Shown here in pieces: positions 1 to 14,177 of a stretch of DNA of 64,000 bases. A model generated the notes under the pieces. That model saw nothing but the letters and a program-made list of their open reading frames with translations. It did no database searches and was not told the origin of the DNA. This DNA is from Octopus vulgaris (Eukaryota). The stretch covers positions 104,532,001 to 104,596,000 of the forward strand of contig OX597819.1 of NCBI GenBank assembly GCA_951406725.2, in the 5' to 3' direction. The position numbers were made by a program, and so were the translations under genes. Position 1 is the stretch's first letter, and the number at the start of each line of letters is the position of its first letter.

Positions 1-68
1 AGAGTTAATAAAAGACATATGTCATTTACTCTGCCTGTATGCATTTTTTAAACTTTTTTTTTGCTGAT

Positions 69-286
69 CTCTTTTACTCTTTTACTCTTTTACTTGTTTC
101 ACTCATTTGACTGCGGCCATGCTGAAGCACCGCCTTTAGTCGAGCAAATCGACCCCGGGACTTATTCTTTGTAAGCCCAGTACTTATTCTATCGGTCTCT
201 TTTGCCGAACCACTAAGTGACGGGGACGTAAACACACCAGCATCGGTTGTCAAGCAATGCTAGGGGTACAAACACATACACACACA

Positions 287-343
<57 letters not shown>

Positions 344-510
344 GATATACAGGCTTCTTTCAGTTTCCGTCTACCAAATCCACTCACAAGGCATTGGTCG
401 GCCCGGGGCTATAGCAGAAGACACTTACCCAAGATGCCACGCAGTGGGACTGAACCCGGAACCATGTGGTTGGTAAGCAAGCTACTTACCATACAGCCAC
501 TCCTGCGCCT
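69..510 (-). mobile_element. tRNA-derived CORE-type SINE, full length, with internal (CA)n/(TA)n tract
   Basis: Minus strand has A-box-like TGGCTGTATGG, B-box-like GGTTCAGTCCC, CORE-like CTTGGGTAAGTG and a GTAAAAGA-repeat tail. Near-identical copies lie at 16184, 25085, 46055 and 57403. Confidence 0.9.
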
Positions 511-532
511 ATCTATCGACAAAAATTCAGCG

Positions 533-678
533 CTGGCATGGCTGTATCGTTAAGGAGTTTGTTTCGTAATTACAGGGTTTCGGGTTCAGTCCCAATGCGT
601 TGTACATTGCGTAATTATCTTCCACAGTAACTCTGGGCCTATAGGAATTTGGTAGACAGAAACAGTGCTGAAGCCCAA
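533..678 (+). mobile_element. Diverged 5' half of the same CORE-type SINE
   Basis: TGGCTGTATCG...GGGTTCAGTCCC...TTTGGTAGACAGAAAC match the family head. Confidence 0.7.
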
Positions 679-774
679 GATATGTGTGTGTGTGTGTGTG
701 ATTGTATTTTACTACCTCATAATAGTCAAACACTTTAATACATACATTCATATACATACTTACATACACACACA

Positions 775-860
<86 letters not shown>

Positions 861-864
861 CAAT

Positions 865-2084
865 TAAAATAAAACAGAGAAAAAAGAAAAAGAAAAAACA
901 AACGTGGGAACGTAGCACAAGCAATGTATTAATAAGACGCCCGGAGAAAGAAGAGAGTTGTTGTTTTACGTTTCGAGCATGGTTCTTCGTCGGAAACAAG
1001 AAAAACAGTAAAGTCCAAAGGGAACGAAGGAAGAAGGAGGAAAAATCGCCAACAGTCCACGTTAACTTACATTTCTGGTGTGACCGGAAGTAGAAAGAGG
1101 AAGAGAAAATGCATTCTGGGAAGGAGAGTGTGAAGATGGTTAGCATGTGTGTATGTGTGTATTAGGGGGGATAGCATGTGTGTGTGTGGTAGCGTGTGCA
1201 TGTACGGTAGCGTGTGTGTGTATGTGTGTGTGGTAGCGTGTGTGTGTGGTATTAACTTTGTGTGTGTTTGTGTAAGTAGTTACTCTGTGTGTGAGTATGT
1301 GTGGTAGGTAGGATGTGTGCGTGTGGTAGAATCTATGTGCGTGTGTATTAATGTTGCTCTGAATGGTCAGCAGCTATAGTGACAGGTGTGTGTGAATGGG
1401 CGAGCGTGGCCGTGTGTGTGAGTGTATGTGATTGTATGTGTGTGTAGATGGAAGGGTGACTATAGAGTCAGAGGCAGTCTGAAAGGTGTGTGAAATGGTG
1501 AGTGTGGCTATGTGTGTGTCGGTGTGTGTGCGTAGACGGACTGGGAATGTGTGTATGAGTTGTGTGTGTGTGCACTCGTGTATGAGTGCGTGTGTGTCTC
1601 TCTCCATGTCACTCTGTCTCTCCCTCTGTATATATATGCGTGTGTGTATGGGTGTGCTTGTACTTGTGTCTATGTGCGTGTGAGTGTGTATGTAGTGTAT
1701 GTGCATGTATATGAGTGTATGTGTGTGTGTGTGCGGGCGGGCGGAGGGGGGTGTTTGATGTGTGCGTGCATGTAAGCGTGTGTGTGTATGGTGTGTGGTG
1801 TGTGGTAAAGGAACATAAAAAAGTAAAAAAATAACACAAATAAATAATGAAAATAAAAATTAGTAATAGTAAAATAATTAAAAAGGTTGTGAATAAATCA
1901 GTAACAGAAATAGAATCAGCCACCAAAAATCAGTAACAGAAAAGGGGTGAGGGGAAAGTCACTGAGAAGAGGGGGTTGTGTTGAGTCCGAACGGAGTTCG
2001 AGTTTGTAGAGTGAAAATGCAATGCTGTTCCAGGCGAACTCTAGAGCTGGTCGATCCATGGTGTAGGTCAAGGCCAAAGACAGT
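865..2084 (-). mobile_element. 3' end of a Penelope-like retroelement: GIY-YIG C-terminus, (CA)-rich 3' UTR and terminal HHR
   Basis: Minus 2084-1959 translates TVFGLDLHHGSTSSRVRLEQHCIFTLQTRTPFGLNTTPSSQ*, matching the R..LEQ..IF.L.T..P.GLN end of PLE endonucleases. An HHR-like motif follows at 999-961. Confidence 0.7.
961..999 (-). ncRNA. Minimal type I hammerhead-like motif, U4C core variant
   Basis: UUGUUU CCGACGA A GAAC-CAU-GCUC GAAA CG UA AAACAA: 6-bp stem I, stem II with one mismatch, palindromic ACGU stem III, GUA site. Confidence 0.6.
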
Positions 2085-3254
2085 GTGTTATTTTCTGTAT
2101 ATGTGTATATATATATATGTATTTCTCATGTATATACAGTTTCATTCTTACATACTCATTACTTCAGTTCACTGGAGGGATAAAAGTAGAATGAAGTATT
2201 ATTGCCTCTTGGCAATTTCCATTGCTCTATGTTATATATTTTAATAATTACTGATATTTATATATTTTATATATTATATAAGTAAAGCATAATATGTTAT
2301 ACATTTATGTATATTGTTATAATTTTAGTAAATAAATTTATTGACATAATATAATGTCTAAAATTTGATGAATACCACCTATTGATCCCCTCCATTTTCT
2401 TATTGCTCTATAAATTAATGGTAAAATATCTCTTTACCCTCACCCATTTATTACACTCGGTAATGTAATTGCCATGCAATGAAAAAGCACTTGGGTATTA
2501 ATAATTGGGTATTCTACCAGCAGTATATTGGATAGATAGTCGGTTGGATTCACAACCTCTAACTTCCTTGGAATTATATATATACATATGGAGGGGGTGA
2601 TATATCTCTGTATTTCGATGATGCAGATACAGTTGTTGATCAAGTAAATTTACATATAAGCGGCTGAATATTCCAAAAAGACGTATACTCTTATCGTAAT
2701 TTCCTGGTAGAGTGTGTGCCAAGGCTGTACCTTTTAAGTTATAGGTACAATGCACATAACGGGATTCTGCACATTTTCCATCTACCCAATTTCACTCACA
2801 TGGTATAGATCGGCTCGAGGTTATAGAAAATAGAATGTGCTCAAAAGCCGCATACACGTTGTTGTGAAGGAGCTTCTTAGCCATTCACCCACACTGCACA
2901 ACCAAACACATTAGTATATGTAGATAGAAGTTAAGTACTGGGGTTTATGCAATCGATTACACCCTTTCTCCAAAATTTATTTCTTGAACTAGAATTCTTT
3001 CAAATTTTGGCACTAGGCAACCATTTTATGAGGAAAGGAGTAAATTACATCGGTTTACCAGTATTTATTGTAACTGTACTTATTTTAACCACAGTGGAAT
3101 TTCAACCACAGTGGAATTTGAGCTCAGAATGCAAAGATCTGTCAGAAATGCTGTTAAGCATTTTGTTAGACACACAAACGATTCTTCTCGCTCACCATTT
3201 TCACCTACCCCTAAATTCCTTTCTCTCATAAGCATAAGGTTTGAAATATTTGAA

Positions 3255-3900
3255 GAAGGGGCTAAGTCGATTACATCGACCTCAGTGTTCTACTGGTATT
3301 TATTTCATCGAGCCCGAGAGGTTGAAAAGGCCAAGACGACCTCGGCGGAATTTGAACTCAGAATATAAAGACGGGTGAAATGTCGCTAAACATTTTGGCA
3401 GGCGTGCAAATGATTCTACCAGCTACCTGTACCTATATTGGTTTCAAATTTTGGTATATTTCCAGCAATTTCGGAGGTGGAGATAAGCCTATTACATCGA
3501 CCCCAGTGCTCAACTGCTAGTTATATTTCATCGACCCTGTTAGGATGAAAGACAAAATCAACCTCGACAGAATTTGAACTGGGAAATAAAGGCGGACGAA
3601 ATGCTGCTAAGCATTTTGTCCGGCGTGCTAACGCTTCTGCCACCTCGCCATCTTAACATGTACCTATATATAAAGTAATTATTACATAGAAATGGATTAG
3701 CAGAATCTTTAGAGCATCGAATAAAATGACTTGCTGTAGTTTTACAGTTCTTTATGTTCTGCGTTCCGATCCTGCTGAGATCAACTATGCGTTTCCTCCT
3801 TTCGAGGTAGACAAGATAAAGTACCAGTTAAGTAATGGGGTCAATGCAACCGAATTGCCCCTCCTCACAAAATTACCAGCCTTGTACTAAAATTTCGAAT
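3255..3900. mobile_element. Cluster of three diverged Meta-type SINE copies (about 3255-3425 minus, 3445-3652 minus, 3690-3900 plus)
   Basis: Each matches the head and central domain of the intact copy at 11227 (GAGTTCAAATTCCGCCGAGGTCG..., AAGTACCAG...GGGGTCGAT). Confidence 0.8.
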
Positions 3901-4139
3901 GAATTACTATAACAATTGTTGTAGTTATTGTTTTCCTTATAGTTGTGCTTTCAAACAGCGTCATTCCACTAAGCAATAATCATTGTAAGGATCTCTTCTG
4001 TATTTAGCCGAAAGCTAAATACTTCTGTTCACCACCGCCCCTCTGCAAACCGCTGCCACGCCTACTTAACAAGACCCGGTACCCTAAACAACACAGTGCC
4101 AGCATCTTCTGCGTTTCCATTCATTTACGTATAACAATA

Positions 4140-4146
4140 TGCATAC

Positions 4147-4189
<43 letters not shown>

Positions 4190-4226
4190 GCACACATATA
4201 TATACATATACATATATACATACATA

Positions 4227-4315
<89 letters not shown>

Positions 4316-4466
4316 TCTCAAATGCACACACTGCAAACCATATAAACATGAATAACTATGCACATAAATAGACACGTACACGCACACACACACACACGCG
4401 CGCACACACATACAAACATGTGTATGTATGTATGTATGTATGTATATATGTGTGTGTGTGTGTATG

Positions 4467-4550
<84 letters not shown>

Positions 4551-4968
4551 TGCATAGATATTGATACAAAAAGACATGCATACACATACATAAACACACA
4601 CACACACACATGCAATTCACCTACTCCACAATGAATCTATGTATGCACATGTATTCACACATACTCAGACACACTCACTTATCCCCAAACTCACTTACAC
4701 ATACACACACATCCATAATACATACATCAATAATATATATAATAAAAAAAAACACACACGTATGCATATGTCCATTTTTTTCTTTCTTTTTTACGTTTTA
4801 CCACACTTTTGGTATATCGCACATCAACAGAGATGTACATTCGGCAGAACACCTGTTTTCTATACAGCATTGCAAGACATTTGCGCAAAAGGTCTTTGAT
4901 AAAATCTTCTGTTTGAGATTTGGAAGATTTCCTTGTCACCATTTTCTCCTATCTTCCTGCAAATATCT

Positions 4969-5047
<79 letters not shown>

Positions 5048-5057
5048 TGTATGTATG

Positions 5058-5091
<34 letters not shown>

Positions 5092-5102
5092 TGTATATAT
5101 AT
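4140..5102. repeat. Compound (TA)n/(CA)n/(TATG)n microsatellites
   Basis: Direct inspection; source of the YIYI and MYVC pseudo-ORFs. Confidence 0.95.
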
Positions 5103-5212
5103 TTCTTTTTTCAAAATATATTCCTTTCTCACACTTCACTCTATTAACGTTTTAACAGAGTTCCTTGTTCCTCCTTGTGTATCTGTTCTCGTTGACTCTA
5201 CCCAGTCGCTTA

Positions 5213-5258
<46 letters not shown>

Positions 5259-5910
5259 GTTGTTGTTGTTCATGTTGTTGTTGTTGTTGGTGGTGGTGGT
5301 GATGATTGAGAGAGAGATCGCTCACCTTGTTTTTGTTATTGTATATATGTAAAAATTAAGAAATTTGTTGTATCGTTATCATTTTTGTTGTTGTTGCTAG
5401 TGGTGGTAGTGGTGTTGTCGTCATTGATGCTGTTAATATTGTTGTTGCAGTTTGTGTTGACTTATAATTTCAGTTTCTTTCATTTTCTCACAGCATCATC
5501 ATCATCAACATCGTCATCATCATCATCATCATATACATAAACTTATTTTCACTACAACAGCAACAACCACTACTGCTGTTTTTATTTTTTCGTCACCACC
5601 GTCACTGTCGCCGCCACCGCCGCCACCACCACCAGCAACACCATCACTTCCCGTCACAACTACCAGCTGCAACAACAACAATAACAGCATCTATCATTAG
5701 CTCTACAAGGACACCTCTATCACCACCACCGTCTACACTACAATGCGATGGTCACTAATCCCATTACTATTACTACTAAAACAACCAGTCTAACTACAAT
5801 GATCACAGCTATGCCAAACACCACTAAAACGGCCAACGTTTCTACAAGTATCACCATCTCCGCAATCACCATGATGATGATGATCATCATCATCATCATC
5901 ATCAACACCA
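5213..5910. repeat. Trinucleotide low-complexity region: (CTA)n, (TTG)n, (CAT)n, (CAC)n
   Basis: Direct inspection. Confidence 0.9.
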
Positions 5911-5952
5911 GTTGTCATGTTCTGTGACCCTTGAGATTTCCCCTTTTATTGT

Positions 5953-6030
5953 TTTTTCTCCTGACGTCTTGAACAGAAAGTCCTAGGGTAACATTTGCAA
6001 CCACAAATGAAGCATTTAGGTTTTCTTCGA
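5953..6030 (-). pseudogene. Relic zinc-knuckle segment of a LINE ORF1
   Basis: Minus strand translates RRKPKCFICGCKCYPRTFCSRRQEK, similar to GRRPHCFVCGETTHLRAFCP near 33870. Confidence 0.5.
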
Positions 6031-7254
6031 ACACTCCACATGTCCACCTTCTTGAATAATTTCAGGACTGAATGTTAGATTTTGAAGTTAAGAACGTGGG
6101 ACTGGATGCCATGCAATATAAGTTCCGGCTCTTTGCGTTCTGAGTTCTGCTATGACCTACTTGGATAGTATACTCAATGCATTACCTGGTCGAAAATTAT
6201 CACTTGGCATCTTGAGTACCTTTAACGGAATCCAATCTGTTGTAGACATTCGAGGCAGCTTTCCTGTTTGAGGGTACTTTCCTCCTTCACTTCCACTTGT
6301 CTTGGACACTGTAACTATCGACGTTATTGTCTTCTCTCTTGATTAAAAGAGAGGAAAAGGTACACGACGAAATAGTTTACAGTTGTTTGTTTTTCCTTTC
6401 AGTAGCTAGACCGCTATTTCTATATATTGTAAGTTTAATTAACCTCAATGTCAAATTTTCCCAAATTTAATACTTCCACAGTTGGTGATGTTGTTGTTTA
6501 GCCTCAGATCCATTCTAATCAGGTACATCTATACTCAAAGGCATTCTAACTGTAATCATCCCTCTAAACATTACTACAGGAGTAAATCCATAGGTTGTGG
6601 CCAACACTAAATTTAAACCAATTAAATAAGCTATTTGCCTGTCCTGTATATCACATGCTACACACAGTATATTTCAAAAATTCACACTTTGTTCCAGCCA
6701 TCAAAGTAATTTGTGAAAGGGTGCGGATAGCTGTATGTTACTCAAAACATAAAACAAGGGTTAATTAAAAGTTTGAAACCAACCAGAGATGCTTAAGACA
6801 AACTTATGAAGATACTTTGGACAGGCAAAGGGCTAAGTAGATGCACTGAGTAGTTATAAAACGGTTGTCATGTTTATACATTTTTACTGTAGACCAAAAG
6901 GTGTGAGGTCGACTGGCCTCTAATTTCAAACAGGATTCAGTTATCAACGGTTGCTGAAGAGAATGTAATATCCTGCTCTTACCTGACCATTGTGAGGTTG
7001 TGTTTAATTTAACTAAGGAAACTGATGTATTTCACACATTTTTGGCGCATATTTGATACCTATTTAAGATGATTGTTGCGATTCTAACCTGGATTCCGGT
7101 TTTTTGGTAGGCGTCCAGACTGTAGTTACATATAAAAGGACTGGCTCTACTGTTACACGGAAAAAAATCCTCTTTAGGTTGTCTGACTGGGTTGATTACC
7201 AGACAATATCCAAATTGTAATAAGTCTGAGTTTTATGCCCTTTTCAGTTGAGGC

Positions 7255-7570
7255 TATCTAGTTGGAACTTACACCCGAATGTTAAGAGCAATCTTAAACA
7301 TATCTTGGAGAACTCATTCCACCAAGAAACAGCTCTATAGAGATCTGCCTGTTTTCACCATATTAAGGGGAAAGCGCTTGCGCTTTTACGAGATATCGCT
7401 GGCGAGCTAGACAAGAGCTGGCAAGTGACCTACAGCTATGGATACCAAAGCATGGTCGTACTCGATCAGGTTATGTGAGCACGACGTATGTAGATCAACT
7501 TATCAATTAATGCTGGATAGAGATAGATGGTATGTGCAGGTTAAAACGGTACGAGCAAACTCGACAAGCT
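7255..7570 (+). mobile_element. Degraded 3' end of an RTE-clade LINE
   Basis: From 7264: GTYTRMLRAILNISWRTHSTKKQLYRDLP...RLRF, then frameshifted WRARQELASDL.LWIPKHG...TYVDQL and MLDRDRW, typical of RTE C-termini. Confidence 0.8.
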
Positions 7571-8186
7571 GGTTGCGATTTAATTAAGATTTAGCTGTTT
7601 GTTTTAGCATGTTGAATGACTACTTAGAGGTTATCATTCTACTTAGTGGTTATCATCTCTATTCTTGCATGATAGATAGCATATGCACTAGTAATACACT
7701 GTCGTCAGTTCAATCGATTACAACCCGTTGATTTACAGTATATTCACCGTGCATTTAGTCTTGCGTAATCATCATTAATATCGTTTCACTACTACTACTA
7801 CTACTACTAAAGTTAACCTCAGCAGGATTCGAACTCAGAACGTTGAGTGCCGGAACCTACACCGCAAAGCAACGTTTTCTGTTAATCCATCGCCCTTTAT
7901 ATTAAGAATAATAGCAACTGTAGAGAAACAGAATTTACGATTGCCAAAAAAAAAAACATGCAATAACAACAGCAATGTCAAACAATAACAGCGGCAACAA
8001 CAAAAGAATAACATTAATAAAACTATAGTATTAACAACAATACCGACATCAACATCAACCACAACAATAACAACAACAACAACAATATTATTTACTGTTT
8101 GTTGTCCTGTGTTTTGCTGATTAATTGTTATATTATTGGCGATAATTGAAGGAAATTCAATTAATTATTCACTTTATTCTGAATGG

Positions 8187-9110
8187 CTACTGCTGCTGCA
8201 AAGAAGGAGGAAGAAGAGGAGGAGGAGAAGAAGAAGAAGAAGAAGAAGAAGAAGAAGAAGAAGAAGAAGAAGAAGAAGAAGAAGAAGAACAAGAACAAGA
8301 ACAAGAACAAGAACAAGAACAAGAAGAAGAAGAACAACAACAACAACAACAACAAGAAGAAGAACAACAACAACAACAGAAACAACAACAACAACAACAA
8401 CAACAGAAACAACAACAACAGAAACAACAACAACAACAGAAACAACAACAACAACAACCACGACATCAGCAACAACAGGACCGACAGCAATAACGACAGC
8501 TACAACAATGACAACAATATTGACAACAATAGCCACAATAGCGTCACGAACAACTTCGACAACGACAACAGTATCACAACGACAGCAATAACAACAATAT
8601 TGTCTACGGTAAAAAAAAAAAAACATAACAACTGCAACACGAACAACATCAATATGAACAGTGCGAACAACCTCGACACCAAAAACAATAGCAAGAACTT
8701 ACAGGGAAACGCTGACAAACGCCATGGGCAAGACCCACCAGAACATTAGTACCAACAACAAAAATATTAACAATTATAACAGAAGCTACAACGGCATCGA
8801 TAGCACCATTAGTAATAATGACAATAGCAACAGCATCAGAAGCAAAACGACAGCAATATTAACTACAGCAAGAACGGAAATAACACCAATGACACCGTTA
8901 GCAACAAGGTCGAATTAGTAATAACAACATTAGCAACAACGAAAACAGCAACAATAACACTAAACAGGAATACAGTAATATCATCAAGCCATAAATGCAT
9001 CAACAACAACAACAATAGCAACAATAGAAACAATAGCGATAGCAACAACAATATCCACGCCAACAGTACTAACAGCTGTAACTTTGCAAGAGAAACAACT
9101 GCCACAGACA
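8187..9110. repeat. Compound (GAG)n(GAA)n(GAACAA)n(CAA)n array with degenerate (AAC) tail
   Basis: Direct inspection; open in several frames only because the repeats lack stop codons. Confidence 0.92.
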
Positions 9111-11226
9111 ACGAGGAAGTCTAAGTATGGACACACGATCTGTTATAAATAACAACCAAATACCCTTCAAAACACACTGTCACCTCTAAGAAAGTAACAT
9201 TACATAGACATCTTTAGTCTTACGTCTGAGAAAAATATAAAGGAAGGTGACAGGTGGACCATCTTTACAAAAAACGTTAAGTAATGGGTCTCCATCAGTG
9301 TCGATAATCTATATTCACTTGTTCAATGACTCTCAAATGGTTGAATATTCTACTGACGTGTGCCTTTAGCGTAAGTCTCAGGATGGATCAACGTGACACA
9401 ATGACTGACAAAGCTGGATCTTTGAATTTCAAATACAATCCGATATTGGATCTTTGAATTGCAGATACAATCCAGAAAGAAATAAGAGATAGAAAACTTA
9501 ACACCAGTACTGGATCGCTATTATATTTCTCGACTCTGAAAAAGATGCAAGGCAAAACCGAACTCGGTGGGATTTGAACTGCGAGTGCAGAGAATCAAAA
9601 TTCGATGCGCCAACGCTTCTTCGGAATGTTCACCTTTAGACACTGCTATACCAAAACACAGAATAGCCACGACTAGAATGTCTTTGATAGCACGTCTGGC
9701 TATTGCAGGCAAACCTCAAAGCTAAACTACAACATGAACAACAAAAAGCCTTCAATGACGCTGCTGCCGATATTGTAGATGATGACGACGACGAGAACAA
9801 TACCAGCAGCAATATGCAATTCTTACTATCGTTATGAGAAATGTAACTTTTGATTTCATTCCATGCAAATTACTGGTAAACAGTCTGATGAACTGACTGT
9901 CAAGTTTCCAAGTATATGTAGAATTCAGTGACAACACATCTATCTGTAGCTCTGTGGCCCTTCCTCTAATCCATTTTGTACATATACAGGCATAGTGGAC
10001 TACTTTGGAGTAATCGTACTCGCAGCTAGAAACCTAACAATGCACTGTTTCTGCGATTACCCTTCGCCCTTGTTACTTTTCCATAATGAAATAAATGACA
10101 ATATTAAACAGCAGCTTGAGGAAAATTAACATTAACAGTATCAGTAACAGATACAAAAACATCCAGATGTGTAACAAGGACAAAAGAACACAACATTTTT
10201 TTAAGGAGAGAAGATGAAAACAATTTCAGTTTATCAGTTCCGGCTCTTTGTGTTTTGAGTTCTGCTACGACCTACTCGAGTAGTATAATTAATGCGTCGC
10301 CTGGTTGAAAGTCACCATTTGGTACAGAAATATCGAACTCTGTGCTTCAAATGATGCATGGTTGTTAAGGAAATATCCATTGTACCACATGTGATATACA
10401 AGACAGGCAAAGTATTAATTCAATTATTTTGTAAATTTAGGGATGGCCAAAAATCTTTGGATTTACTCTTATAGCAAGTGTTAGAGGGATGATTACAGTT
10501 AGAACACCTTTGAGTATAGATGTGCCAGATCAAAATGGATCTGGTGCTAAAGAACCACCATATCAGCAACTATGGAAGTATTAATGTTTTTTGTTATCGT
10601 CCCATCTTTTCCTTGACACGTGGATGAAATGTAAAAATAACCTCACTCGAATTGAAACACCATTCTGAAATGGTGACAAGAGATCTTGGTCTTCTTCCAT
10701 AGCGCCAGGTCACATTTACAACATAGGCCAATAAAACTCTCCTACAATATACTTTGCTAGGCAGAGGATGACTAATACGTCCGAAGCATACTCCTAGCTC
10801 TTCTCCTTATCTGCAGGAAATTATGATTTTTCCTTTTTAAAATGTAAATTGCTTTTGTGAAAATAATCTTTTATTTTGAAATTATCTTTCCTTGTGTTAC
10901 ATAATAACTAGCAATTGCCGCTGAGGTTTTTATTTACTTCGTGTTATCCTTTGTATCAATGATTTACTTTACCAAATCCCAAAATACCCATTTCTCTGCA
11001 TTACCTAGACATTACAAAAGCTAGACTTGCACTGATTCTTGAGATTCTCAGTAGGAGGACCATGACAAACAAAAATACGCACTAGTTATATCAAGAAAAC
11101 AACACATCCACACTAAACATGAGCAGCACTAACAATCGGTCCAAATGCTGAGCTTCACCATCACCAAATGACCCCTGTATCTCGGAACCGGCTAGTCTCA
11201 TTAATCAATATTAAATCCCTGAAAAA

Positions 11227-11458
11227 GGCGGCGAGCTGGCAGAAACGTTAGCACGCCGGGTGAAATGCGTAGCCGTATTTCGTCTGCCGTTACGTTCTGA
11301 GTTCAAATTCCGCCGAGGTCGACTTTGCCTTTCATCCTTTCGGGGTCGATAATTTAAGTACCAGTTACGCACTGGGGTCGATATTATCGACTTAATCCGT
11401 TTGTCTGTCCTTGTTTGTCCTCTCTGTGTTTAGCCCCTTGTGGGTAGTAAAGAAATAG
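11227..11458 (+). mobile_element. Full-length Meta-type tRNA-derived SINE with 15-bp target-site duplication
   Basis: B-box GAGTTCAAATTCC; Meta-like GGTCGACTTTGCCTTTCATCCTTTCGGGGTCGATAA; ATATTAAATCCCTGA at 11208-11222 and 11459-11473. Confidence 0.9.
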
Positions 11459-12658
11459 ATATTAAATCCCTGATGGTCAATTCATCTTTCCAACTGTTTG
11501 TGAGTTCAAAGCCCTCGGGCTCACATTAAATATTGTGCCCAGCGTTCTCTTGCCCTGAATATCAGCGCTCTGGAACCTCCTCTCTTTTAATGTATTTCTT
11601 GTAGGCGTTGATCTACATGGAATATTAGCGGAAAAAGCCGCAGGAAATGTGTGGAAAGAATACTGTAGAGTGAAAACAACTAATCACAAAGCATTACGAC
11701 TATCGACTATCAATAAATATATTATAATTATTATTAATAAATAATAACAAGCATTAAATATAATTATTATTAATAGATAATAACAAGCATTAAATCCAAA
11801 AAGGCAAATTCATGAATTAATAATTAATTATAAATTTATCAATACATATATATGGGTGTGTGTGCGTATATATATGTATATCTCTGTCGGTGTGTGAATG
11901 TTTGTGTATGTGTGTGCGTTTGTGTGTGTAGGCTAAAGTCCGAGATGTTGAAACACTTAACACACATTTCAATCTCTCGAACTTTTTATTAACTCCATAC
12001 TCTTCAGGCATTATATTCAGATATAGATCTTTTTAATGGTTATTTCACATTATATACGCGTTCGCACACACAGAGGTGCACTCACAGAGGTACACCCACA
12101 AAAATACAGACATGTGTGTGTGTATATATACATATATGCACATACCTGCACTAAGATACACACACTTATATATGCATACATATATATATATGTATATGTA
12201 TGTATGTATTCATGTAAATGTGCAGATATATACGTTAGTTTTCTGTAGCACCCAGATACTTTTTGGAAGACCGAGGTAACAGTCAGAATTATAGATAAAT
12301 AAGAGCCATGACGAACTGCAGAGAACTATCTAGAGGGTTCTGGATAAAATGCGGTGAACTATAGCATGAAATTCCTGTTGGACAGAATCGAAACTTGTTC
12401 AGTGTCTGTCGGGATGCTATAATGAGAGTGTATGCTATAAGACCCGAAACAGCCTTTAATTCTAAGGCACATGCTGATGATGTATCGAAGTATTTAATAT
12501 ATATATAGATGCAAAATCTGTGCGTGAATGTGTGTGTGTGTGTGTGTGTGCGTATGTGTGTGTGCAAGCATATAGGCGTGTGTGCACATGTATGTGTGTG
12601 TGTGTATATGGATCTTGACTGCGATGAAACGAAAAACAACAGTTACTATTGCAGTGGC

Positions 12659-12709
12659 TCCTCCTCCTCCTCCTCCTCCTCCTACTACTACTACTACTAC
12701 TACTACTAT

Positions 12710-12757
<48 letters not shown>
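12659..12757. repeat. (CTC)n-(CTA)n compound microsatellite
   Basis: Direct inspection. Confidence 0.95.
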
Positions 12758-13864
12758 AAAACATGAATGAGAGCAACGGCATAAAAATTGTTAATAACAA
12801 TACGACCACAATTATATAATTAGATTCATAAGGAAAATAATTACATCATGAAGTATTACAACAAGCACTGCATTAGCAACAATAACGATGACAGCAGCAA
12901 CACGCCTCTAGCACCACCATCATCACTATAAACAACAATAACTAAAAAATACTCAACAATAACAGCCCCAATACCGCCACCATCATCATCACCATCAACA
13001 ACAACTAACAATATTGCCGACATCGGCGACGTCAACAATAGCAACAACGACAGTAACAACACAAACGATACCAACAACACATAAATGGCAATAGCAACAA
13101 CAACAACAAAAATTACTAGAATGACAACAATGAAAAAAAAAAAAACAACAACGACAACAATAGCAATACCAACAACAACATCAACAACAATAACAACAAC
13201 ACCAACGTCATTCTCTTCTCTTATCTACGTTAATAATTTCATTAGGAAAGTTTTAAATATTTGGTTTCTCTCGCTCCAGATAAATTTTTCCTCGAACATT
13301 CAATTAATCTATTAAAGCTTTTAATAACGCCTATCTCCACCCTTACCTACACACTCTTCCAGCTATCCACCACACTCATATCTACCCGACCACAACAAAC
13401 ACTCGACCACGCAGGCGCCCTACCAACACAGAACCCCATTTACCATACTTCTTCAATTGTTATCTAATGTCTTCTGATAAATTCGAAAATATATGAATCT
13501 GTTTATAGAGGATTATTTTCATATCTTCATATGTTATAACCAAACCGAGAGCGTATTTATCTATATGTAACAGTGCTGTTATGTACATGTCTGAGAGTGT
13601 GCCTATAGAAGTGTATGTGAGTATATTTTTTGTTTAGGAAGGTAACAGTAAACACATTATATGTTTGCGTGTCGGGAAATGAATGTGTGTGCAGGTATGT
13701 TTGTCTGTGTGTGAATGTGTGTGTGTGTGTGTGTGTGCGCGCGCGCGAATGTGTGTGCGTGTGTGTGTGTGTGTGTGTAATACATATATACATATATACA
13801 TATACATACATGCATACATACATATGTAAATACATATATACATATACATACATACATACATACA

Positions 13865-13955
<91 letters not shown>

Positions 13956-13974
13956 CGGGAAGGTTTACGAAAAT

Positions 13975-14128
13975 CAGGCGTTGCTGTGTGGTAAGAAACT
14001 TGCCCCCAACCACATGGTTCTGAATTCAGTCCCACTGAGTGGCACCTTGGACAAATGTCTTCTATAGCCTCGGACCGACCAAAGCCTTGTGAGTGGACTT
14101 GGTAGACGGAAACTGAAAGAATCCCGTC

Positions 14129-14130
<2 letters not shown>
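13975..14130 (+). mobile_element. 5' half of CORE-type SINE
   Basis: GCTGTGTGGTAAG...TTCAGTCCCACTGAGTGGCACCTTGGACAAATG...GGTAGACGGAAACTGAAAG, ending at the internal (TA)n. Confidence 0.85.

Positions 14131-14177
<47 letters not shown>

Noticed and set aside
8136-8749. Poly-E/Q, poly-K/N and poly-R/T ORFs resembling low-complexity proteins
   Set aside because: Open in multiple frames on both strands because triplet repeats lack stops; no splice or domain evidence.
10690-10835. Faint mariner-like HDNARPH / YSPDLAP traces
   Set aside because: Too degenerate to hold a consistent frame.
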